A stretch of 64,000 nucleotides of DNA from an uncultured bacterium (GCA_964564435.1 CAZMAT010000003.1:23869-87868); one strand, 5' to 3'. Counted from the stretch's first letter, positions 1 to 8,838 are shown. Notes: generated by a model not told the origin, from the letters alone. Translations and numbers: made by a program.

Positions 1-161
1 ATCTCCATCAGCGGCAGGATGATCTGACCGCCGAAGACCGGGCTCGACCCGCCTTCCTCGGTCCTCGGGTCGGCGCCGCTGTAGTACCCCACCCTCCCGC
101 CTATCCTGGGGCCTGCGAGGGCGACGGCAGCGATTGCGGGAACAAGAACGAGACTCCTCAT
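1..161 (-). CDS. N-terminal fragment of a secreted / outer-membrane protein (gene runs off the window start)
   Basis: The reverse strand from ATG 161-159 reads MRSLVLVPAIAAVALAGPRIGGRVGYYSGADPRTEEGG..., a hydrophobic signal peptide. GGGAGG lies just upstream. Truncated by the window edge. Confidence 0.4.
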   Translation of the reverse strand, partial: MRSLVLVPAIAAVALAGPRIGGRVGYYSGADPRTEEGGSSPVFGGQIILPLME

Positions 162-228
162 ACCTCGGACCTCCCTTTTCTCGTGTGCTGCAACATGGAT
201 CACGGGATGGAGCAAGTCAACGAAAACC

Positions 229-257
229 TTGACCCGGGGGAACGCCGGTGCGAGAAT
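229..257 (+). promoter_or_regulatory. Candidate sigma70-type promoter of the C25 peptidase gene
   Basis: TTGACC (229-234), a 17-nt spacer, then GAGAAT (252-257), about 75 nt upstream of ATG 332. The -10 element is weak. Confidence 0.25.
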
Positions 258-331
258 GGGCATTGATTCCTCTGAAGGAACATCAAGCCGGCGATGATGC
301 TTGGAACACGTCGTTGAAAGGACGGTCCAGG

Positions 332-2617
332 ATGAAGTTGTGGCCTATCGTCCTCGTTCCCTTCGCCCTCGCCTTCGGTTCGGGCGAGTCGTACCAGTGG
401 CAGTCCCTCGGCGGCGAAGCAGGGGACATGCCTCAGTTCGAAATGGTGGAGTCGGACCTCGGCCACTTCGTCGCCGACGTCACGTTCCCCGGTTTCTGGA
501 TCACTTCCTTCCCGGGCGGCGGCACCTCCTGGGACAGGCTCGAGATGACCGGCTGCACCCCCCAGGGTGAGACGGGATTCCCCGAGCTGCCCGCATATCC
601 CGTGATGTTCGCGCTGCCCTTCGGCACCACGGCGGTGGTCACCGTCGAGGACGTCGAGTACTCGACGTTCCAGGGCATGTCAGTGCTGCCCAGGCAGCCG
701 TCGGAGATAGACATGCCCCACGCCCCGTGGCGGTTCGAGATGAACGACAGGATCTACAGCATCCCCGGCCTGTCGACCCCGGGCGCCTGGGCCTTTACCG
801 ACAACGATGCGATCTGGTCAGGCCTGCACTGCTCGCGCCTCGTGGTGAACCCGTTCACCTTCTACCCGTCTTCGGGCGAGCTGAGAGCGGTTTCCAGCAT
901 GCGCGTCAGGGTCGACTTCGCGGGCAGCGCTCTCGATGCCGCCCAGGCCGTCAACCCCGGCATGGAGAGCGCCATGGCCGGCCTGATAGTCAACTTCGGC
1001 GACTTCCGCGCGGCGGCCACGGCGGCCCGCGGAGGGTTGCGCGACGGCGCCGAATACATCGTGATCTGCACAGCGGATAACCAGGCTGCCGTTGCACCGC
1101 TCTACGAGCTGCACAACTGGCTCGGCCTGAACGTCCAGGTAGAGGTGCTCTCGACGCCTTCGACCCCGGGCGCGATCAAGAGCGCCATAGCCGACAACTA
1201 CGAAACCGGCGTCACCAGGTTCGCCCTGATAGTGGGCACCCATGCGGAGCTGCCGTCCTACAGCTACGGCTCCCATGTCGGCGACTACTACTACGCCGAC
1301 CTGCTCGGCACGGGCGACCTCCCCGAGATAGCGGTCGGTCGCCTCACCGGCACTGCCGAGCAGATATCCCACCAGGTAGACAAGATCATCGACGGCTACC
1401 TCGAGTATTCGTTCGAAGACGGCAACACCACCGCCATAACCCCGAGCGAGACCGTCCTGGCAGCCCACGAGGAGCAGTACCCGGGCAAGTACACGCTCTG
1501 CTGCAACGAGCTGGCCGCATATGACTACGGCATGTGCGACATCACGTTCACCAAGGTCTACCCGCCCGAGGGCGGCACCGCCCAGATGGTTTCCGACGCC
1601 ATCAACAACTCCATCGGCACCGTCGGATACCGCGGCCACGGCGACGTCACGGTCTGGTCGTGGAGCCCGGGCTGGAACGCGTCCAACATCAACGCTCTCA
1701 CTAACACGTTCATGCCGCCGGTCTTCAACATCGCCTGCTACTGCGGCCGCTACCAGGAGGCATCCGAGTGCCTGGCCGAGAGCTGGCAGTTCGCGACCTG
1801 CGGCTCCTCGGGCAACCTCGCCGCCAACGACCCCTCCTACACCGACGCCAACCACACGTACATGAAGGAACTCTACAAGGCGATATACGACCAGGGCGTG
1901 TACGCCATAGGCGAGGCCGTCAACGCGACCACGACCGTGACGATCGCCCAGCACGGCACCTACGGCATAGCCAACGCCAAGATGTACTTCTGGTTCGGCG
2001 ACCCGGCCATGGAGATCTGGACCTTCGACACCGAGGGCGAGTACGGCGTCCTGAGCATCTCCGGTCCATCCCAGCTCGATCCAGGGCCCCAGTCCATCAC
2101 GCTGACCGTCACGGCCGGCGGCAGCCCGGTCGAGAGCGCGGCTGTCACGCTGACCGACGGCGTGCAGGGGACCGCCTCCGAGCCTACCTTCTACCTCGAG
2201 GGCGTCACCGACGCCTCCGGCCAGGTGACCTTCAACCCGACGATACCCGCCTCCGGCATCATCCACGCCGGGGCTGCCATGCACGACTACCGCAGCGCCT
2301 CCATCTTCTGGACGGTGGGCGTGGGCATCGAGGAGGAGGAGTCCGGCGACACGGGCGCTCTCTGGATGAGCCTTCCCTCCCCCAACCCCGTGACCACGTC
2401 GGCATCCCTGAGCTTCGTCAACCCGTCGGCAGGGCGGGTCGAGCTCGCGGTGTTCGACGTGACCGGCAGGCTCGTGGACACGATCGTCTCGGGCGACCTG
2501 TCCGCCGGCGAGCATGCTGTAGAGTGGCAGACCGGCACCGCGGCCAACGGCGTGTACTTCATCAGGCTGAACACCCAGGCGGGCTCCGTCTCCAGACAGG
2601 TGATGGTAGTCAGGTAG
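332..2617 (+). CDS. Peptidase C25 (gingipain-like, clan CD) with T9SS C-terminal sorting domain
   Basis: Signal peptide MKLWPIVLVPFALAFGSG. Catalytic-type motifs YRGHGD (His) and FNIACYCG (Cys). The C-terminal ~80 aa (SLSFVNPSAGRVELAVFDVTGRLV...GVYFIRLNT...VMVVR) looks like a T9SS/Por CTD. Start moved from the track start 248 to the in-frame ATG at the signal peptide. Confidence 0.8.
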   Translation: MKLWPIVLVPFALAFGSGESYQWQSLGGEAGDMPQFEMVESDLGHFVADVTFPGFWITSFPGGGTSWDRLEMTGCTPQGETGFPELPAYPVMFALPFGTTAVVTVEDVEYSTFQGMSVLPRQPSEIDMPHAPWRFEMNDRIYSIPGLSTPGAWAFTDNDAIWSGLHCSRLVVNPFTFYPSSGELRAVSSMRVRVDFAGSALDAAQAVNPGMESAMAGLIVNFGDFRAAATAARGGLRDGAEYIVICTADNQAAVAPLYELHNWLGLNVQVEVLSTPSTPGAIKSAIADNYETGVTRFALIVGTHAELPSYSYGSHVGDYYYADLLGTGDLPEIAVGRLTGTAEQISHQVDKIIDGYLEYSFEDGNTTAITPSETVLAAHEEQYPGKYTLCCNELAAYDYGMCDITFTKVYPPEGGTAQMVSDAINNSIGTVGYRGHGDVTVWSWSPGWNASNINALTNTFMPPVFNIACYCGRYQEASECLAESWQFATCGSSGNLAANDPSYTDANHTYMKELYKAIYDQGVYAIGEAVNATTTVTIAQHGTYGIANAKMYFWFGDPAMEIWTFDTEGEYGVLSISGPSQLDPGPQSITLTVTAGGSPVESAAVTLTDGVQGTASEPTFYLEGVTDASGQVTFNPTIPASGIIHAGAAMHDYRSASIFWTVGVGIEEEESGDTGALWMSLPSPNPVTTSASLSFVNPSAGRVELAVFDVTGRLVDTIVSGDLSAGEHAVEWQTGTAANGVYFIRLNTQAGSVSRQVMVVR

Positions 2618-2636
2618 AACAGCGCCAGAAGAGCGG

Positions 2637-2660
2637 GGGCGGGGCCGTCCGGTCCCGCCC
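2637..2660 (+). terminator. GC-rich hairpin terminator (GGGCGGGGCC-GTCC-GGTCCCGCCC)
   Basis: A 10-bp stem with one G-U pair, 20 nt after the C25 stop. Confidence 0.5.
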
Positions 2661-2682
2661 TCCCCGTTTCCGGGAGGAACCA

Positions 2683-4188
2683 GTGTACAGAGCCGGGTTC
2701 GACTGCGACAGATACCTCGAGGCCCAGAAGCGGGCGATCCTCGAACGCATAGGTAGCGTCGAGGGGCGCCTGTACCTCGAGTTCGGCGGGAAGCTCCTGT
2801 ACGACTACCACGCCGCCAGGGTCCTCCCCGGGTACGATCCCAACGTCAAGCTCAGACTGCTGGGCGAGCTGAGCGACAACGCGGAGATGCTCGTCTGCAT
2901 CCACGCCGGCGACATCGAGAGGCGCAGGCTGCGCGGCGACTTCGGCATCACCTACGACGTGGACGCGCTCAAGCTCATCGACGAACTGAGGGCCAACGGG
3001 CTCCCGGTGCTCTCGGTGGTGGTGACGCGCTACACGGGCCAGCCGGCCGCGGAGGCCTTCATGAAGGGGCTGTCCAGGCGGGGCGTGAGCGTCTTCGCAC
3101 ACCCCCCCACCCAGGGCTACCCGTCCGACGTCGACAGGATAGCCAGTGCGGAAGGATACGGGCGGAATCCCTACATCCCGTGCTCCAGGCCGCTCGTGAT
3201 CGTGACGGGGCCCGGGCCCGGCAGCGGCAAGCTGGCGACGTGCCTCTCACAGATATACCACGAGCACCTGCTGGGCACGAAGGCAGGCTATGCGAAGTTC
3301 GAGTCCTTCCCGGTCTGGAACCTGCCCCTCGACCATCCCGTGAACGCGGCCTATGAAGCGGCCACCGCCGACATAGCCGACTTCAATCTCGTCGACCCTT
3401 TCCACCTGAAGGCCACGGGAACCGAGGCGGTCAACTACAACAGGGACGTGGAGGCCTTCCCCCTGCTCCAGCGCGTCTACGAGAAGATCACCGGCAGCAC
3501 GATCATCTACCGCTCACCCACCGAGATGGGCGTGAACAGGATCGCCGAGGGGATCGTGGATGACGGCGCCATACGGGAGGCTGCGGAGCAGGAGCTGATA
3601 CGCAGGTACTTCAGGTACAGGTGCGAGTACGTCTCGGGCCTGGTCGAGAGCACGGCCGTTGCAAAGGCGGAATCCCTCCTCGAGCAGTACGGCCTGTCCC
3701 CCGAACGCAGGAGCGTCGTCCTCCCGGCACGCGAGGAGAAGGGCGGAGCCGCAGGCCGCACGCCGCAGGGCTCGGCCATCGAGCTCCCCGACGGCAGGAT
3801 CGTCAGGGGCAGGACCTCCGACCTGATGTCCGCAGCATCCGCCCTGGTGCTCAACGCTTCCAAGGCCCTGTCGGGACTGCCGCGGGAGATGCACCTCCTG
3901 TCGCCCGGGACGATCTCGTCCATAGCAAGGCTGAAGTCGACGATACTCGGCACGCAGAACCCGGGGCTCGATCTGGAGGAGGTGCTGATAGCGCTCTCCG
4001 TCAGCGCCATGACGAGCCCGGCCGCCGATCTTGCCATGAAGTCTCTGTCCCTGCTGAGGGGCTGCGACGCGCACCTGACATCGCTCCCCAGCGCAGGGGA
4101 CGGGTCGGGTCTCAGGGAACTCGGGATCAACGTGACGAGCGACCCCGGCTATCCCTCCGGGAACCTCTGGGCGGGACAGCCGGGGTAG
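2683..4188 (+). CDS. DUF1846 / UPF0371 family protein
   Basis: The N-terminus (GFDCDRYLEAQKRAILERI...GRLYLEFGGKLLYDYHAARVLPGYDPNVKLRLL) matches the family signature as I recall it. GTG start at 2683 is preceded by GGGAGGA. The long upstream extension in the ORF track overlaps the C25 gene and is not credible. Confidence 0.75.
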   Translation: MYRAGFDCDRYLEAQKRAILERIGSVEGRLYLEFGGKLLYDYHAARVLPGYDPNVKLRLLGELSDNAEMLVCIHAGDIERRRLRGDFGITYDVDALKLIDELRANGLPVLSVVVTRYTGQPAAEAFMKGLSRRGVSVFAHPPTQGYPSDVDRIASAEGYGRNPYIPCSRPLVIVTGPGPGSGKLATCLSQIYHEHLLGTKAGYAKFESFPVWNLPLDHPVNAAYEAATADIADFNLVDPFHLKATGTEAVNYNRDVEAFPLLQRVYEKITGSTIIYRSPTEMGVNRIAEGIVDDGAIREAAEQELIRRYFRYRCEYVSGLVESTAVAKAESLLEQYGLSPERRSVVLPAREEKGGAAGRTPQGSAIELPDGRIVRGRTSDLMSAASALVLNASKALSGLPREMHLLSPGTISSIARLKSTILGTQNPGLDLEEVLIALSVSAMTSPAADLAMKSLSLLRGCDAHLTSLPSAGDGSGLRELGINVTSDPGYPSGNLWAGQPG

Positions 4189-4206
4189 GTAAGCGCAGAG
4201 CCGAGG

Positions 4207-4695
4207 CTAGAAGTAGAGCCTGGCCCCGATGCCGCCGTTCAGCCCGAGTTCGGTGTCGGGCACTATGTCCATGACGGGGGCGAGCTGTACGAACATGTCC
4301 ACGGGCGCCCCCTCGAACGGGTAGCACAGCCCGAGCGGGATCCTGACGCCGAGCACCACGTCGCCGTCCTCGTCGTTCTCGTTCTCGTCGCGGAAGTAGA
4401 GCTTGCCGCCCAGGCCGTAGGTGAACATCAGCCCGCCCAGCCCGGAGCCGGAATCAGCTATGTCGAAGGAATGCAGCACATAGTCGCCGGCCAGGAAGAA
4501 ACCGCCGTCCCCCTCGAAGGACCAGGCGGCCGCCAGTTCGAGTGCCGACTTCTGGGAGAGCCAGTTCTTGAGGCACAAACCTGTCGGGTCGCCGGCGACG
4601 ATCCCGATGCCGAAACCGTCCATCTGGGCCGAAGCCGGGGCCGGCAGCAGCACCGCCAGCAGCACGGCCGCCGATAGAGCGTGAGCAGACTTCAT
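4207..4695 (-). CDS. Small outer-membrane beta-barrel protein
   Basis: Signal peptide ending ASAQ, alternating beta-strand pattern, and a C-terminal ...GIGARLYF (terminal Phe). Confidence 0.55.
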   Translation of the reverse strand: MKSAHALSAAVLLAVLLPAPASAQMDGFGIGIVAGDPTGLCLKNWLSQKSALELAAAWSFEGDGGFFLAGDYVLHSFDIADSGSGLGGLMFTYGLGGKLYFRDENENDEDGDVVLGVRIPLGLCYPFEGAPVDMFVQLAPVMDIVPDTELGLNGGIGARLYF

Positions 4696-4778
4696 CCTCC
4701 CCCTCCGGGTTGCATATCCGTGCGATCACGGTCAAGTATCTGCCCTGCCCTGCTGCCGGGTCAACGCCGGGCACGGGC

Positions 4779-4807
4779 TTGACCCGGGGCCGCGCCCCTG
4801 CAATAAA
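4779..4807 (+). promoter_or_regulatory. Candidate promoter for the rpsF operon
   Basis: TTGACC (4779-4784), a 16-17 nt spacer, then CAATAA/AATAAA. This leaves a ~150-nt hairpin-rich leader before rpsF. Confidence 0.3.
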
Positions 4808-4957
4808 CCCGCTGTCGTTTGCCGCGCCTCACGATGCGCGGCCGTGGTGATGTGATGCGTCACCCGACCGGAAACGACGCCCACCGCCCGCAGTGCGGGC
4901 AAGGTATCGCAGTCTCCGGCGGAGCGCATCTGTTCTCCATTCCCGAGGAGGAGTCAT

Positions 4958-5356
4958 TTGCGCAACTACGAGACAGCGGTGATCTTCAGCGCCTCCCTTT
5001 CCGAGAGCGAACTGGAGCAGGAAGTCTCCAAGGTCGTCGAGATCATCGGGAAGGCGAAGGGGACCCACACGGGCACCCAGCACTGGGGCAGGAGGATGCT
5101 CACCTTCCCCCTGAAGAAGCAGAACGAGGGCATCTATTTCTTCTTCCGCTGGACGGGCGGGGAGGAAGTCAGCGCAGCCCTCGACTGGAACCTCAAGATC
5201 GACGAGAACTGCCTGCGCCACCTCAATCTGCGCCTCGACGACAGCCGCGTGACGGGCGGCGAGGACAGGATCTCCGACGAGGCCGCCATGCCCGAGGAGC
5301 CGGCCTTCACCGACGACGACTCCGAGGACGAGGCCGAGCAGGACGCCGAGGAGTAG
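4958..5356 (+). CDS. rpsF: 30S ribosomal protein S6
   Basis: TTG start. (M)RNYETAVIFSASLSE... is S6-like, with an acidic C-terminal tail. Operon context with ssb/rpsR/rplI. Confidence 0.9.
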   Translation: MRNYETAVIFSASLSESELEQEVSKVVEIIGKAKGTHTGTQHWGRRMLTFPLKKQNEGIYFFFRWTGGEEVSAALDWNLKIDENCLRHLNLRLDDSRVTGGEDRISDEAAMPEEPAFTDDDSEDEAEQDAEE

Positions 5357-5363
5357 GCCGGGC

Positions 5364-5813
5364 ATGAACATCAGAATGCCCAGCATCAACCGCGTCATGA
5401 TCTCCGGGAACCTCGTCGACGAACCCAGGACCGACCTCCTCGAAAACGGCACGCACGTCGCCAATTTCAGGATAGCCAGCAGCCAGTCCTTCCGCGGGAA
5501 GGACGGCGAGTGGCACGAGAAGACCTGCTTCGTCGACGTCGTGGCCTGGAGGAGGACGGCGGAGCTGGTGGCGGAGTATCTGCGCAAGGGCAGCCCGGTG
5601 CTGGTCGAGGGCGAGCTCCAGACCAGCTCCTGGCAGGCCTCCGACGGCACGCCACGGAGCAGGACCGAGATCCTTGCCCGGCGCGTCCAGTTCCTCGAGA
5701 AGCCCGGGCAGCAGCAGAGAAGCGAACCGGCCGCCCGCGAGGAGAAGGCCTCGTACACCCCGGCGGACGAACCTCCGGACAGCGAGTCGGAGTATGACGA
5801 CATCCCGTTCTAG
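5364..5813 (+). CDS. ssb: Single-stranded DNA-binding protein
   Basis: OB fold, then a Pro/Gln/Glu-rich linker, then the canonical acidic tip ...SEYDDIPF. Confidence 0.9.
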   Translation: MNIRMPSINRVMISGNLVDEPRTDLLENGTHVANFRIASSQSFRGKDGEWHEKTCFVDVVAWRRTAELVAEYLRKGSPVLVEGELQTSSWQASDGTPRSRTEILARRVQFLEKPGQQQRSEPAAREEKASYTPADEPPDSESEYDDIPF

Positions 5814-5823
5814 GATGATCTGA

Positions 5824-6180
5824 ATGCAGCCCGGCCCCGGGCCCCTGCCCCCGGTCCTGAACGTCTTCTTCCTGACTGGAAGGGTGCTGTCGAGGCAGAG
5901 GCTCAAGATCACCGGCAAGGGAGCCTACCTCGTCGAATTCGAGATGGCCGCCGGGAGGCCGGCAGGGCCCGACGGCGGGCCGGCGCCGCCGGCGCCGATG
6001 GATGTCTTCGACATAGAGATCTGGGGTGACGCGGCGAGGGAGATGGACAGGTCGCTCCAGGCCGGATCCCAGGTCTACGTCGAAGGCAGGCTCGTGAGCA
6101 GGGAGTTCGAGGACAGGGGCGGCATAAGGCACAGGAGGACGGTGCTGAAGTCGTCCAGGGTCGAGATCCTCGGCGGGTGA
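5824..6180 (+). CDS. Tail-less SSB-like OB-fold protein (PriB-like position)
   Basis: Aligns by eye with the adjacent SSB OB fold (NVFFLTGRVL / W / AGSQVYVEGRL / RVEIL). It stops after the fold, with no linker and no DDIPF tip. Confidence 0.55.
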   Translation: MQPGPGPLPPVLNVFFLTGRVLSRQRLKITGKGAYLVEFEMAAGRPAGPDGGPAPPAPMDVFDIEIWGDAAREMDRSLQAGSQVYVEGRLVSREFEDRGGIRHRRTVLKSSRVEILGG

Positions 6181-6214
6181 CCGCCGGGAGCTCATTCCAG
6201 GAAGGAAGGATCCC

Positions 6215-6463
6215 TTGATCAAGAAGAAGCGCACGAACCTGAAGGTAATGAAGAAGAAGAAGTGCCGTTTCTGCATATCCCCCGAGCTGGTCATCTCCTA
6301 CAAGAACGAGCGCCTGCTCGGCCGCTATGTGTCGGACAGGGGCAAGATCGTCCCCCGCAGGGTCTCGGGGAACTGCGCAAGGCATCAGAGGGCTGTCGCC
6401 AGGGCGGTCAAGGTAGCCCGATTCCTGGCCATAATCCCCTATGTGAGAGAGCATTTCCGGTAG
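6215..6463 (+). CDS. rpsR: 30S ribosomal protein S18
   Basis: ...CRFC...ISYKNERLLGRYVSDRGKIVPRRVSGNCARHQRAVARAVKVARFLAIIPY. The start is TTG 6215 or ATG 6248. Confidence 0.9.
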   Translation: MIKKKRTNLKVMKKKKCRFCISPELVISYKNERLLGRYVSDRGKIVPRRVSGNCARHQRAVARAVKVARFLAIIPYVREHFR

Positions 6464-6510
6464 GATCCGCCCGAGCGGGGGCGAGGTTGGGACATGCCCG
6501 GATCCCTGGC

Positions 6511-7344
6511 ATGAAGGACGGCCGGGCGCAAGGCGCCCTGAGGGCGGTGGTGCTCGCCGCCGCCACTGCTGTCACCGGCCTGCACTTCCTGGCCGGCTCG
6601 CTGGCCTCGGCGGCGGTCCGGAGGAGGCCGGTCGCGGGTTTGGCTGCCGTCGTGGCGGCCTGCATCCTGATGTACTGGCTGGGCGGCCTCGAGGGTGCGC
6701 TCATGTGCATCGCAACGGCCGCAGGGCTCGCCGCAGCCTCTTCGGCGCGCCTGTCCTGGCCGCAATCGAGCTTCGTGACGGCGGCCGCCTGCGTCATCGC
6801 TGCCGCAGCATCGCTGGCGGACGGCCCGGGGATCATGGGGATGACCGCCGCCGTGCTCGAACCGCTCGTGCCGGTGTATGCATCGGCGGGGATCCCCGAG
6901 AGCCAGGCCCGTTCGGTGATGGACGCGCTTGTCTACCTCTCTCCAGGAACCGGGGCGTTCCAGGTCGTGATCGGTTCGATCCTCGCCGCCAGGCTCGCGG
7001 GTCTCGCCGCAGGATCACGGGATGCGGGCTCCTGGAGGACTCTCCGCCTGGGCCTGGCCCCGGCATGGTTCCTCATCTGCGCCCTTGCGGCTGCGGTTGC
7101 AGGAGACAGGACCGGTACGGACTGGGCGGCCCGTGCGGGGGCCAACGTCCTCGTCTTCCTCGCGGCCCCCTACGGAGCCGTGGGCCTCGTGATCCTCGGA
7201 GAGGCAGTGAGGACGAGGCCATTCCTGCTGGCGGCGGGGCTCTTCCTGGCGGTGGCGGCTACGCCTGTTATCGCGGCGGGGGTTCTCTTGACAGGCATTC
7301 TGGACACCTGGCTCGATTTCAGGGCCAGGGTCCCGAAACAATGA
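6511..7344 (+). CDS. Polytopic membrane protein, DUF2232 (YybS-like) by position
   Basis: Multiple hydrophobic helices. It sits between rpsR and rplI, as yybS does in Firmicutes. Start set at the in-frame ATG 6511. Confidence 0.45.
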   Translation: MKDGRAQGALRAVVLAAATAVTGLHFLAGSLASAAVRRRPVAGLAAVVAACILMYWLGGLEGALMCIATAAGLAAASSARLSWPQSSFVTAAACVIAAAASLADGPGIMGMTAAVLEPLVPVYASAGIPESQARSVMDALVYLSPGTGAFQVVIGSILAARLAGLAAGSRDAGSWRTLRLGLAPAWFLICALAAAVAGDRTGTDWAARAGANVLVFLAAPYGAVGLVILGEAVRTRPFLLAAGLFLAVAATPVIAAGVLLTGILDTWLDFRARVPKQ

Positions 7345-7375
7345 AACCGGCCGGGGGCCGGGACGGGAGTCGGAT

Positions 7376-7828
7376 ATGAAGGTGCTTCTCACGCACAATG
7401 TGAAGGACATAGGCAGGTCGGGCGACACGGCCGAGGTCAGCGACGGCTACGCACGCAACTTCCTGTTCCCCAGGAAGCTGGCTGTGCTTGCCCAGGAGGG
7501 GAATCTCAAGCTGGCAGCCGACGTCAAGAGGAAGGCTTCCGAGAGAGATGCGAAGATAGAGGCGATGTCTCGCGAGCTTGCGGCCAGGCTCGAGGGTGTG
7601 GTCTGCACGATCAAGTCGCCTTCCGACCCCTCCGGGAACCTCTACGGGAGCGTCACGGACCGTGAGGTCGCGCAGGCGCTCGAGCAGGCCGGGATCCCGG
7701 TCGACCGCCGCCAGATCTCCATGGACCAGCACATAAAGAAGGTCGGCGACCATTCCGTCATGATCAGGGTTTCGGGTGCGATCGAGAAGGACATCACCGT
7801 CAGGGTCGTCCCGGGGGAGAATTGCTGA
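7376..7828 (+). CDS. rplI: 50S ribosomal protein L9
   Basis: MKVLLTHNVKDIGRSGDTAEVSDGYARNFLFPRKLA. Confidence 0.9.
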   Translation: MKVLLTHNVKDIGRSGDTAEVSDGYARNFLFPRKLAVLAQEGNLKLAADVKRKASERDAKIEAMSRELAARLEGVVCTIKSPSDPSGNLYGSVTDREVAQALEQAGIPVDRRQISMDQHIKKVGDHSVMIRVSGAIEKDITVRVVPGENC

Positions 7829-8838
7829 CCCTTGCCGTAGAGACTTCCTGCGACGACTCCGCCGTGGCACTTCTCGAGGGCACGAGACCTCTGGCCGAGA
7901 AGGTGAGCAGCCAGACAGTCCATGCGGGGCTGGGAGGGGTGGTTCCGGAACTGGCCTCCAGGATGCACCTCGAGGTGCTCCCGGGCCTCGTGGAAGGACT
8001 GCTCACCGAAGCCGGCGCCTCCATCCGCGACATCGACACGTTCGCTGCAACCGCCGGGCCGGGCCTGGTGGGCTCCCTGCTGGTCGGCCTCTCGTGGGCG
8101 AAGGCTGCGGCCTTCGCCACGGGAGGCCGGTTCCTCGGCATCAATCACGTGGCTTCTCACCTGTTCATCCACTACGGCGACGAAACACGCGGCCCGGTGA
8201 GCTTCCCCGCTGCCGCTATCGTCGCTTCCGGCGGGCACACGTCGCTCTTCGTCCTGGAGTCCTGGGACGACTGCCGTTTCGCGGGGGGCACCAGGGACGA
8301 CGCCGCCGGGGAGGCATTCGACAAGACTGCCAAGCTGATGGGTCTGGGATACCCCGGAGGTGCACTGCTCGACAGGCTGGCGGCGGACGGGGACCCGTCC
8401 CGCGCCTCCCTGCCCTCCCCCCTGGACGATCCCGACCTCCCGGAGTTCAGCTTCAGCGGCCTGAAGACCGCGGTCAGATCCCTGCTGTCGGCGGGGACGA
8501 AGCCCGAGGATGTCGCGGCATCCTTCTGCCGGACGGTTTCCTCCATCCTGTCGACAAAGCTCCTGGCGCTAGCGGCTTCCGCCGGTGCGAGAACGGTCAT
8601 GGCCGCCGGCGGGGTCTCGGCCAACAGCTTCCTCCGGGCCGGGCTCGCCGGGGAATGCTCCCGGAGGGGGCTCGATCTTCGGCTGCCTGCCCTCCGCTGG
8701 ACGACGGACAACGCGGTCATGGTCGGCAGGGCCGCGGCGGCGGCTCTCGAGGCCGATCCATCGGCATGCTCCCCCTTTTCCTGCAACGCATTCGCGAGAT
8801 GGACGGGAACGCGGCTCGGGCCGCTGGCATGTGCGTGA
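7822..8838 (+). CDS. tsaD: tRNA N6-adenosine threonylcarbamoyltransferase
   Basis: TTG start. LAVETSCDDSAVALL and GINHVASHL motifs. Confidence 0.85.
   Translation: MLTLAVETSCDDSAVALLEGTRPLAEKVSSQTVHAGLGGVVPELASRMHLEVLPGLVEGLLTEAGASIRDIDTFAATAGPGLVGSLLVGLSWAKAAAFATGGRFLGINHVASHLFIHYGDETRGPVSFPAAAIVASGGHTSLFVLESWDDCRFAGGTRDDAAGEAFDKTAKLMGLGYPGGALLDRLAADGDPSRASLPSPLDDPDLPEFSFSGLKTAVRSLLSAGTKPEDVAASFCRTVSSILSTKLLALAASAGARTVMAAGGVSANSFLRAGLAGECSRRGLDLRLPALRWTTDNAVMVGRAAAAALEADPSACSPFSCNAFARWTGTRLGPLACA

Noticed and set aside
818-2515. 565-aa ORF antisense to the C25 peptidase gene. The same applies to the other long antisense or out-of-frame ORFs in the track: 31965-34103(-), 33883-35697(-), 36710-40249(-), 45565-47937(-), 58946-60817(-), 60844-62388(-), 14936-16219(+), 16083-17798(+) and 24539-26128(+).
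   Set aside because: They are typical high-GC shadow ORFs. They are extremely rich in Arg/Gly/Pro/His/Asp and have no motifs. Each lies opposite or out of frame to a gene with clear family signatures.
1768-2682. N-terminal 300-aa extension of the DUF1846 ORF, overlapping the C25 gene.
   Set aside because: The composition is Arg-rich nonsense. The family-typical N-terminus begins at GTG 2683, which has its own GGGAGGA ribosome-binding site.
6262-6510. Upstream extension of the DUF2232-like membrane protein ORF, overlapping rpsR.
   Set aside because: It overlaps the S18 gene out of frame with unprotein-like sequence. The hydrophobic protein begins at ATG 6511.
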